Part shown: positions 35,576-44,078 of the stretch, in pieces | How positions within the stretch are numbered: position 1 is the first letter of the stretch | How the letters are laid out: the number at the start of each line of letters is the position of its first letter | Origin: a virus | Lineage: Duplodnaviria; Caudoviricetes | IMG/VR virus record: IMGVR_UViG_3300033067_000350 | Span: 1-59,916 of that record | Reading direction: 5' to 3' (one strand) | DNA: 59,916 nucleotides | Position numbers and translations under genes: made by a program | The notes under the pieces: model-generated | Told to the model about the DNA's origin: nothing | Seen by the model: the letters and a program-made list of their open reading frames with translations, nothing else | The model's database searches: none

Positions 35576-37891
35576 TCATGGACTAAAAGTGCCGTGGAAC
35601 GGTGTACCCTTACCAGCAATGGTGCTGATCTGATAAATCTTTACGGTGCACTTAGTGGTACCTGGTGAGCCGCCATCGTCTGTCTGCATAGTGGAGGTGT
35701 AATTCCAAGTGGTAGTGTCTGACACGGTAACTGATCTGAGTACCTCAGCATCGAAACCTGGACTGGCCAGTATTTCAATCAAGTATTTCTCAGGCAATTC
35801 ATCAGTTGCATATGGCGCACCAGACGGCCCAAACAACCTAAAGAATGATTTGGTGCGTCTATCCCATGTGAATATGTAGTCGCCAGACCCGGCATCATAG
35901 GTCATGCTCACATTGCACGGTGAGAATGGTTTAGCTGATCTACCAGTCAACTCAACATGCACTGGGGTATAGTCTTCCAAGTTGCCCAAAGCCGCAGGCA
36001 TTTTGTAGTGCTCTGTGAGACCCAAATGGGCAGCACCTAGGTCTAGGAATTTGGTACCTCCAGTTTGGACAGCAACAAACATGAGTCCAGCCTTGTGCTT
36101 GCTGGTCAGGTGTTCTGTGCCTCTCAACCCTCTCAACAAATTTGATATGGTGTACACGCCTGTTGAGACCAGGGTGGCAGTCTGGAATCCAATCAGCTCC
36201 CAATCGCCATCTGAAGTTTGTACTAACGCTCTATTGGACCCAGCAATCAACTCATCTAGAGTGCAAGAGTTCAAAGTGCCTTGGTACAAAGTGACTGTGA
36301 GAGAGTTGCCAGTGTCCAAAACCTCTGTGGGGCCATCAGCTAATGCCGTAGAGCACACCCCCATGGTGCTTTCAAGCATCTGGGAGTCTTTTCTAGTGTA
36401 GTTGGTGCCATCAGCACTAAAGTACAAAGCTGCTCCCGCCCAACTTGCTGTAGGGCTAGTGGCACATACAGCATGATACACGCCTATCTTGTCTACCAAA
36501 TCTTTGTGAAGACTGGTGCAATCCATGATAGCTGGAGAAGTTGCTGGTGCTCTGTATGCTGACGATCCAGCACCAATAGCGTTTGACCCTTCAATGTAGT
36601 CATAAGCATCTTGGTCTGTGAGCATACCCTCAACATGGATTTTGAAATTGTGCCCAATAGTTACATCAGCTGCATAGAGAGAATACTCTCTGCCCTCATA
36701 CGTGAACCTGATAATGTCTCCCTCAGATATCTCCAAATATCTTGGTGGCAAATCCACTATTGCTGCGTCTTTTTCAACCTCAGCAGTCCAGATTATGCGT
36801 TTGGCTATCACAGCTGCTGTATCTGGCTTCAGCACTATGGGTACATCAAGGGTAAACTCAGACTTGTTGGGATAATTTGCCCTGACGTATGGTTTGGATC
36901 CCTGTTGGTAGTCATTGTCAGTTGAAATGAACTTTACCACACATCTATACGGTTGGGATGTAGAATCTGGTCTGATTATCTTGAATGGTCTATCTGTATC
37001 AGACCCAGATTCAGATGCAGCCATGAAGTCAATTTCGGTATCTATGATCTTTTCTTCACCTCTGGTAAAGAAAGTCAACACCCCATTTCTGTCTTGACAC
37101 CCCACACCATAAGTCAACAGCATCGGGCCCAGCACTCCTGATGCTTGTTGTGGGCCCGAAATGACCATACCCCTGAAACACTGGGACAATCTGGTCACAT
37201 CGTACTCTGCTGGGTCCCAGCCATATCTTTGTAAGATCAACCCTATTGCCGTACCAAGACTGATGTCGTTGGATTGCTCAACTACAAACGACAAATTTGG
37301 TATTACATTGCCAAAATCTTCAAGAGCCAAATCTTCAATTACAACAATAGCACTGCCTCTGTAGTTGGGCACATTGTCAGCACCCAATACAGCCTGCATC
37401 AAGCTATTGGCTAGAGTTTGATTGCCTAATTTGATGTCTATGGAGGTGTAGTAGTTTGTAGAGCCAGCCTCATCCCATATTACTTTGTCATTAGCAAATA
37501 TCTTTTTGATGGCATTGATCTTTAATGACCCTAACCCTCTAGTATCACATACATGTAATGCCAGGCTTCTGTAGTATTTGTAACTGGTGACCTTCTGACC
37601 TGCACCACCCTTACCACCCACTTCTTCAGTGTTCTCAACTGTCTTGATGTCTGACATCCAAATGACTCTACCACCAACTTTGACTTGTCCTAAACAGAAG
37701 CTGGCTGGTGAGCCTTCTGAAGCAACTGACATGCTCATGTCAGACAGCTTAGGCCCTTGAATTGGGTCAGTTGGGAATAACCACGGTAAAATGAATTGGC
37801 TGTCTATGTATCCGCCGATGGCTGCTCCAATAAAGCCACCGACTGGCCCACCCACTGCACTACCCACTGTCCCTAATGCTATGGTAGCCAT
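35576..37891 (-). CDS. Central tail-tip protein (GTA gp15 / gpJ-like)
   Basis: Hydrophobic Gly-rich N-terminus, GP.L.D, P.YRG.A, FGN.IP, LLRG.RGTE, W.RRT. Confidence 0.85.
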   Translation of the reverse strand: MATIALGTVGSAVGGPVGGFIGAAIGGYIDSQFILPWLFPTDPIQGPKLSDMSMSVASEGSPASFCLGQVKVGGRVIWMSDIKTVENTEEVGGKGGAGQKVTSYKYYRSLALHVCDTRGLGSLKINAIKKIFANDKVIWDEAGSTNYYTSIDIKLGNQTLANSLMQAVLGADNVPNYRGSAIVVIEDLALEDFGNVIPNLSFVVEQSNDISLGTAIGLILQRYGWDPAEYDVTRLSQCFRGMVISGPQQASGVLGPMLLTYGVGCQDRNGVLTFFTRGEEKIIDTEIDFMAASESGSDTDRPFKIIRPDSTSQPYRCVVKFISTDNDYQQGSKPYVRANYPNKSEFTLDVPIVLKPDTAAVIAKRIIWTAEVEKDAAIVDLPPRYLEISEGDIIRFTYEGREYSLYAADVTIGHNFKIHVEGMLTDQDAYDYIEGSNAIGAGSSAYRAPATSPAIMDCTSLHKDLVDKIGVYHAVCATSPTASWAGAALYFSADGTNYTRKDSQMLESTMGVCSTALADGPTEVLDTGNSLTVTLYQGTLNSCTLDELIAGSNRALVQTSDGDWELIGFQTATLVSTGVYTISNLLRGLRGTEHLTSKHKAGLMFVAVQTGGTKFLDLGAAHLGLTEHYKMPAALGNLEDYTPVHVELTGRSAKPFSPCNVSMTYDAGSGDYIFTWDRRTKSFFRLFGPSGAPYATDELPEKYLIEILASPGFDAEVLRSVTVSDTTTWNYTSTMQTDDGGSPGTTKCTVKIYQISTIAGKGTPFHGTFSP

Positions 37892-38316
37892 CTATTTGGT
37901 CCTAACTGAAAGACATGAGTGACTAGTTTACGCCACTTGTCATCAAAATCGTGACGGACTACAGCACCTACAGATTGCCAAGCGTGGACCAACCCAGAGT
38001 CAGTCAATACCCCGATGTGTTGTGGCACCCTCTTTTTGTTAAACGTAAACACCAATATGTTACCGCTCTCATATCCAGCGGTCTCAACCAGGTTATCCCT
38101 AAGCATTGATATCAGAGTGTCACCATCTGGGTATTTGCTGTAGTTGAGTAAATCATAGCACTTGTACCCAGAGTCTATAGCACACTTAGCTATCAAGCCA
38201 ACACAATCTAGTCCAACTCCAGGTAGTCTTGCTCCATGGTGCCACTCAGTACCAATGCAGCTGATAACTTTACGTTGGAACACTTCAAGCCGTGTTTGGT
38301 GTAGAGATGAGCTCAT
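37879..38316 (-). CDS. NlpC/P60 tail-associated peptidase
   Basis: GT.WHH..R..GVGLDCVGL, H.G, VHA. Confidence 0.88.
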   Translation of the reverse strand: MSSSLHQTRLEVFQRKVISCIGTEWHHGARLPGVGLDCVGLIAKCAIDSGYKCYDLLNYSKYPDGDTLISMLRDNLVETAGYESGNILVFTFNKKRVPQHIGVLTDSGLVHAWQSVGAVVRHDFDDKWRKLVTHVFQLGPNRWLP

Positions 38317-39133
38317 TGTTGCCCGGTATTTCTGGGAATCCACCAAAGTTTAACAGATTGCCTTGAAAAGATTTACACGCCTCCTTGGTATGGGCGCATC
38401 CTGGGGTTATGTCAAAGGTATCACCTATCTGAATGGGATACGGCGGTTTGACATACAACTTGTAGTCATTACCAACTTGCTGCTTTATTTCAGAAGTCAA
38501 CCCCAAGTTGTCTCCAGCTGTCCAAGTCAATACTCCATCTGTATAGTACTCATCGACCGGAGTGACAGCAATAGTAGCAACAAATCCATTTGTACCTCCA
38601 GTTGTAACGGTGCCTGTTTGGGTCAATACAGCTAAATTGACTTGGCAAGTATCTGGGTCGCCAAATACATAGTCACAATCTTTGTTCAAATTGCGACCAA
38701 CTTTTCTAGACAACCTGGACTTCAAATCTTCAACTTTGGCTTCCCATATCTCACCATTGAATGAAATCTCCAATATCTTGAGGACATACTCATGGAGTTT
38801 GCCCAACCAAGGGTATTTCCAATTCACCAAAGTGAATTCGTACACTATAGCATCTTTGTACTTGCCAGCAATTAAATCGTCATGGGTGATGAGGGTAGAG
38901 TCCAAATAGGATTTGGCAGTGTAGTTGGCCCCCTCAGCACCATCTTGCTTTTGTCTGGCTGAGGCATTAAACGAGCCTACTGGTGAATACACTTGACCAT
39001 CTACTTCAAGTGCCGTATTATGATCGGTGAATCTGAAAATGACCCCATCCACTCTTTCAATTCGCCAACAAGTGGCAAACCTCAGAGCACCGTTTATCAA
39101 CACAGAGGATAGTGGTGTGCGGATGCTAGGCAT
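38285..39133 (-). CDS. DUF2163 baseplate hub protein (GTA-like)
   Basis: CWRIER.DG..F.FTDH, C...GD..C, GC.H...C..F.N..NFGGFP.IPG. Confidence 0.88.
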   Translation of the reverse strand: MPSIRTPLSSVLINGALRFATCWRIERVDGVIFRFTDHNTALEVDGQVYSPVGSFNASARQKQDGAEGANYTAKSYLDSTLITHDDLIAGKYKDAIVYEFTLVNWKYPWLGKLHEYVLKILEISFNGEIWEAKVEDLKSRLSRKVGRNLNKDCDYVFGDPDTCQVNLAVLTQTGTVTTGGTNGFVATIAVTPVDEYYTDGVLTWTAGDNLGLTSEIKQQVGNDYKLYVKPPYPIQIGDTFDITPGCAHTKEACKSFQGNLLNFGGFPEIPGNNELISTPNTA

Positions 39134-39488
39134 TAGTATTGTCCCATAGTGATGGGGTTCTAGGACACTTGTATTTGGAATCCTTCCATTTGGACCTCAG
39201 GAATACCCCATTACATTGACAGTTGGTACATAATGGGCTGCCGCCTTTAGTCAATACAAACTTGCCGCAAACGTTGGATCTGCAAATCTTCTCATTCTCG
39301 GCAGCTTTATCATCGGTTACATTTCTCACACCTAGGGTAGTAAGCACAACTGAGGTGACTGCTTTGGCCCCATCATTCGCTAACTGTAATGGAGTGCGCA
39401 ATTTGACAGCAATGAACCTAGCCTGTGCTGGTGTTAAGTTGTTTTTGTCCCAACCCTTTTCAGCTATGATGGATTCAAAAGTAATCAT
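39126..39488 (-). CDS. Small Cys-rich metal-binding protein
   Basis: IC...C, CTNCQC, CP..W. Confidence 0.7.
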   Translation of the reverse strand: MITFESIIAEKGWDKNNLTPAQARFIAVKLRTPLQLANDGAKAVTSVVLTTLGVRNVTDDKAAENEKICRSNVCGKFVLTKGGSPLCTNCQCNGVFLRSKWKDSKYKCPRTPSLWDNTNA

Positions 39489-42466
39489 ACACAAATGACG
39501 TCCGCATATTCCCATTTAGCAATACCAGAGCACATTTTGGGTGGATTAGCAATATACCCATCACATGATGGGCTCATCCAACCCTCCGGCACAGCACATG
39601 AGCTGATAATTATGAACGCTACAGATTGATATGGCCCTGGGCAAGTTTCGCAACTCAATCCTCTGTCAGTACACAAAGTATACTCACAACAACCTGGGTT
39701 ATCCCCACCAGCCCAAGTTGGGTTGTCACCAGCAGTACAACCTCCCGCATCCACAACTCTGGGCTGTATGTCATTACCGTCTACAACCTTGCTGGCCCCA
39801 TACACACCAAACAGAGTTTGGCTCCAAGAGGTGCAATCGCAGTAGGGACTTGCGCCACAAGGCCCGCTGGTGTCAGCACACTTACCATATGATGATGTTG
39901 CTGTATTTGGGAAGGTTATGCCAATCCTGTTTGCTTCCACATAAGCAGTAATACTAACAAAGTCCAAAGACTCATCTTGGATAGACAAGGAGTCAAATTC
40001 GATGTTAGTTGAGGTTGTCTCTTCAGTATACACCCCAATGTAACCAGTTGTGAACTCTAAATCCTCAGCCGACAAAGTAGTTGCTGATCCACCAAATGGT
40101 GTAACAGAAGCCTGCAAGTCAGTACCCCAAACATTTAGTTCCAAATCACATATTTGGGTACTCACAGCAGTTATAGTTGCTGTGGCCAACACAGTTTTAC
40201 CAGATGCGTTATACTTACACAGTTGTACGGTCAAATCGGTAGTACCAGCACCTGGTGTTACTGGTTTTACATACAACCCGTACCCGTACACAGTTGGTGA
40301 GCCGTTACCCTTGACAAGTACGCCATGGCCCTTCTCTCTGATCTTTTGGGCTTGTGCTGAGACAGTACAATCCTTTTCATTAGCCCAAGCACCTGGATCA
40401 TATCCTAAACAAGCACGTATGACACCGCTGCCAGCAACTGAGGCACAAGCTATCTCAGGTGTGCTTGCTGACAGGGTCCATGTACCATTCTTGGTCAGCA
40501 AGTCAGAGGTGGCTGCAGAGTCATAGGCATATGAGTAGTTTACTTGGTCAGGATCAGGCTTCAATCTCTCCCACTCAGCTATTCTAAGCAACGCACTGCC
40601 ATTGGGTTGGTAGTCATAATCTTTCAAAGGCATTACATCGCTGTTGGAGTACAGGATGGCTTCCTCACAATAGCTGTCGGCCACAGCACAAGCTGAGTCA
40701 TAAACAACGCTGTCTTTGGTGCATTTCTGAGTTGACTCAGCTAATTGGTAGGTCAGTCCGATGCAGCATTTTGTGTTGTCTCCATATCCGCTATTAGCCA
40801 CACCGCCATCGTAATTATTGAAGCAACGATGAGAACCACCATAGTTTTCAAACGGCTCATCTGGATGCCCTTTACATGGATGAGGGTCAAGGTGCCAATT
40901 ATTGGTCTCACTAGGGTTCTCAGAATCCCTAGTGCCATAGCAATCTATGGGAATGGTCAATTCGCCACAATGCGAAACACTCAAAGTGCCTTCAGCCTCA
41001 TCCCAACCTGGTTCTAATGGCTTGAAGAAAGTGCGTCCGATCCCGGCACCATTTTCCCAGCAAAGATGAGTGTTTATAGTGGATCTTGGTAAATCCCCGC
41101 CAAGGCTCATGGTTCTAGAGACAGTAGAGTGGCCGAAACAGATATTGCGGAATACTGTGCCAGAGCCAGTGTACGGGAATGAGGTAGTCCATGGTGATCC
41201 ATTATCCCATCTGTAATCTTTCCATCTATTATGGGCTCTGATAGTTACTGGAGCATCCCCGCCAGCATAGTCTCTATCAGCCAAAGGCACATAGTCCACC
41301 CCTAATGGCGAGTGGAATCTTGTAACCAACATACAAGCCATAGCTATCTGTGGGTGGCAAAACTTCTTGCTGATTGGATCAACACTATGCCAAGCCCCAT
41401 TCACAAATGGGTCATCTTTGGTGAATGATAATGCAGCATCAGCAGAGCCTGCAGCTTGGAAGTTGCTGCCTTCAACCCAAGACTGGTTGATTTCACTGGC
41501 GAAAACATACACTGCGAAAATTGCACCAAGTGCCCCGCTGTTTGAGTCACATTTACCTCCGCCACCGCATCTATTGAATACAGGCTCGGCACTGACAGTG
41601 TGCTCCATGACAAATCTGATTTCAACAGTGTGGGCCACACCAGTCGCAGCAGCTGTGTAATTGATTACTTTGCGCCAAATATGACGCTTCACTTGCTGAG
41701 CACCATCCCACGTAAATGAGGTCCCATTCCAATGTATGTGGTAAGGATTACGGGTCAATCCATGTGCTGTAGCATAATAGTCCAGCAAGTATGGGTGGCC
41801 ATCATTAAAGATGGCTTGGTAACACTCAGGGCTCAAAGTTTTGGTCAAAGGGTGCAATGGATCAACTTCAAAACAAGCTTGATCCATGGACCAAACCACT
41901 TTATTGGGCATTACGACATCAGCTGCTCTAATGGCCTCTCTATTCCAATTCTTGGCAATACTGACGTCTTGGAACATCGGGGCCAGCACTACTGCTCTGC
42001 CGTCTTCACCATTCAAAGGCAGGGCATTAGCATACTCACAGTCTGTACCCTCAAAACAGAATGGTGAATACGTTGGGTCAGCAACAGCAGCTGATATGCC
42101 TGAGAATGTTGAGTGAGATTCTGTTCTTGCTGTATTAATGGTACGTTTAACAGCATACCAAGTAGATGTGGTTGATCCCATCCATACTCTACAAATCTCG
42201 CCAGCAGACAAAGTGACCAAAGTGGTAGTGTCAGGCTTCTTGACAACCACAGATTGAGTGGATGTGGAATCGTTCAAAATGAAGAGCCACAATCCTCCTG
42301 GGTTAGCAGCGATTTGAGGCCCAAATTGTGACGGCAGGGTCACATTCTGAGATGACCCGCTTGTGTTTTTGAATATTTGAAAGAAGTTGCTATTTTGGTA
42401 CAGTTGTACTGCACCAACTATGGTTGTGAATTTGGACCCGCCATGAAATTTGGACTCTGTAATCAT
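39485..42466 (-). CDS. Large Cys-rich tail / receptor-binding protein
   Basis: ~990 aa in the tail-tip module; dense Cys clusters and a beta-rich lectin-like segment. Confidence 0.7.
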   Translation of the reverse strand: MITESKFHGGSKFTTIVGAVQLYQNSNFFQIFKNTSGSSQNVTLPSQFGPQIAANPGGLWLFILNDSTSTQSVVVKKPDTTTLVTLSAGEICRVWMGSTTSTWYAVKRTINTARTESHSTFSGISAAVADPTYSPFCFEGTDCEYANALPLNGEDGRAVVLAPMFQDVSIAKNWNREAIRAADVVMPNKVVWSMDQACFEVDPLHPLTKTLSPECYQAIFNDGHPYLLDYYATAHGLTRNPYHIHWNGTSFTWDGAQQVKRHIWRKVINYTAAATGVAHTVEIRFVMEHTVSAEPVFNRCGGGGKCDSNSGALGAIFAVYVFASEINQSWVEGSNFQAAGSADAALSFTKDDPFVNGAWHSVDPISKKFCHPQIAMACMLVTRFHSPLGVDYVPLADRDYAGGDAPVTIRAHNRWKDYRWDNGSPWTTSFPYTGSGTVFRNICFGHSTVSRTMSLGGDLPRSTINTHLCWENGAGIGRTFFKPLEPGWDEAEGTLSVSHCGELTIPIDCYGTRDSENPSETNNWHLDPHPCKGHPDEPFENYGGSHRCFNNYDGGVANSGYGDNTKCCIGLTYQLAESTQKCTKDSVVYDSACAVADSYCEEAILYSNSDVMPLKDYDYQPNGSALLRIAEWERLKPDPDQVNYSYAYDSAATSDLLTKNGTWTLSASTPEIACASVAGSGVIRACLGYDPGAWANEKDCTVSAQAQKIREKGHGVLVKGNGSPTVYGYGLYVKPVTPGAGTTDLTVQLCKYNASGKTVLATATITAVSTQICDLELNVWGTDLQASVTPFGGSATTLSAEDLEFTTGYIGVYTEETTSTNIEFDSLSIQDESLDFVSITAYVEANRIGITFPNTATSSYGKCADTSGPCGASPYCDCTSWSQTLFGVYGASKVVDGNDIQPRVVDAGGCTAGDNPTWAGGDNPGCCEYTLCTDRGLSCETCPGPYQSVAFIIISSCAVPEGWMSPSCDGYIANPPKMCSGIAKWEYADVICV

Positions 42467-43413
42467 ACTGCGTACCAAACTTTTGCACTAGAGTTATCCA
42501 CACCTAAAGCCAACTCAGCTGCTTGATTAACAGCCAATACAACTACTGTCGTACCAGTATGCGTCTTGATTGTGAACGAATTAGAGCCAACATTTATGAC
42601 TGTACAAAGTGATCTGCCAGTTGGTAAAGATGCAGGGTCCGGCAAAGATATGACTAGACCAGCACCTGTAGTCTGTACCAGTTGTAATCTGCCATTGATT
42701 AGATTGATGCTGGCATTAACAGATGTGACCAATGAATACTGCCCACCATATGGGTAGTCCTCATCTATCTGTGTCGCATCTTTGATTTCAACCAGTGGTA
42801 TAGAATCGACACTACCAGAATCAAATCCCTCAATTTGTTGCCATAAGGCATTGTCAATCTCTTTACCAAATCTCACAGGTACGTCAAACTCAAATCCGCA
42901 AGTGATGACTACTCCACTACCTGGTGGGCTTACAAACGTAACCACACCAGTGGATGTATCTACTGACCATCCAGATGGTTGATTTACACCATCAAATGCG
43001 ATAACCACAGTACCAGCTACTGGCTTTGTTATGGTCCTAATTACTGTTGATGGGCCGTTTTGATACCTCTTCACCAATTGAAAAGTTGTATCTGATGCAT
43101 CACCAATACCAAGTTGCTGGTCTAGATTAGTTACAGTACCTATTCCAGAAGCACTTGAGTTGTAATCCAAAAAGTCTTTGTATCTGAATCCAAACGCACA
43201 ACCGCTGCGAGCAATGTAGAAGTTGCGTACTGTAGTCACATCCTCCAAATCCTTGATACCCCAAACGACATCATATGCATGTCTTGGAGAATCCCATCTT
43301 TGCACTCTTTGTTCAGCACCAGATGAAGTTTCAATAATGTTGGTATTAAATCCTGGCCCACCTTTGGAGCCATAGCTGATATCAGTCGGGAATCTAACCT
43401 CATGAAATCCCAT
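42463..43413 (-). CDS. DUF2460 (TIGR02217) distal tail protein with C-terminal extension
   Basis: FHEVRFP.DISYG..GGP.F.T, GFR.KD..D, FQL.K.Y, GFEFDVPVRF. Confidence 0.9.
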   Translation of the reverse strand: MGFHEVRFPTDISYGSKGGPGFNTNIIETSSGAEQRVQRWDSPRHAYDVVWGIKDLEDVTTVRNFYIARSGCAFGFRYKDFLDYNSSASGIGTVTNLDQQLGIGDASDTTFQLVKRYQNGPSTVIRTITKPVAGTVVIAFDGVNQPSGWSVDTSTGVVTFVSPPGSGVVITCGFEFDVPVRFGKEIDNALWQQIEGFDSGSVDSIPLVEIKDATQIDEDYPYGGQYSLVTSVNASINLINGRLQLVQTTGAGLVISLPDPASLPTGRSLCTVINVGSNSFTIKTHTGTTVVVLAVNQAAELALGVDNSSAKVWYAV

Positions 43414-44078
43414 CTGTTACCTCATTGATCTGCGCATTCTTCTGATAAGTTGCGGCTGGGATTCTCTAAATTCATTTGGATCTTTAGCCACCACAGTCAT
43501 ATTAACATTGGTGACTCTGGTAGCGTGCCCAGTAACCTCAACACCCAATTTGCCTGATGACCCTCTGGAGAGCGGCATGATCGCTTCAGGACCATTCTCA
43601 CCCATCAGAACAGTCTTGCCACCAGTCATCGGGAATACAGTTGGACCCCCCACTATGCCGCCCCTAGCAAACGGCACCAGACTACCGTTGTTAAACACAT
43701 TGCCATTAGCACTTGCTGGCCCACCTTTGGAGCCATAGCTGATATCAGTCGGGAATCTAACCTCATGAAATCCCATCTGTTACCTCATTGATCTGCGCAT
43801 TCTTCTGATAAGTTGCGGCTGGGATTCTCTAAATTCATTTGGATCTTTAGCCACCACAGTCATATTAACATTGGTGACTCTGGTAGCGTGCCCAGTAACC
43901 TCAACACCCAACTTGCCTGATGATCCTCTGGAGAGGGGCATGATTGCTTCAGGACCATTCTCACCCATCAAACCAGTCTTGCCGCCAGTCATCGGGAATA
44001 CAGTTGGGCCTCCCACTATGCCGCCTCTAGCAAACGGCACCAAACTGCCGTTGTTAAATACATTGCCATTAGCACTTG
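43353..44078. repeat. 363-bp imperfect tandem duplication
   Basis: 43353-43715 versus 43716-44078; 13 substitutions by hand count. Confidence 0.95.
43417..43776 (-). CDS. Chimeric ORF: DUF2460 N-terminus fused to the tape-measure C-terminal domain
   Basis: First 20 aa identical to the next gene; remainder identical to the TMP end except one G/V change. Confidence 0.6.
   Translation of the reverse strand: MGFHEVRFPTDISYGSKGGPASANGNVFNNGSLVPFARGGIVGGPTVFPMTGGKTVLMGENGPEAIMPLSRGSSGKLGVEVTGHATRVTNVNMTVVAKDPNEFRESQPQLIRRMRRSMR

Noticed and set aside
43353-44078. Diversity-generating retroelement TR/VR pair
   Set aside because: Substitutions are not adenine-specific and are mostly silent; no reverse transcriptase in the window.
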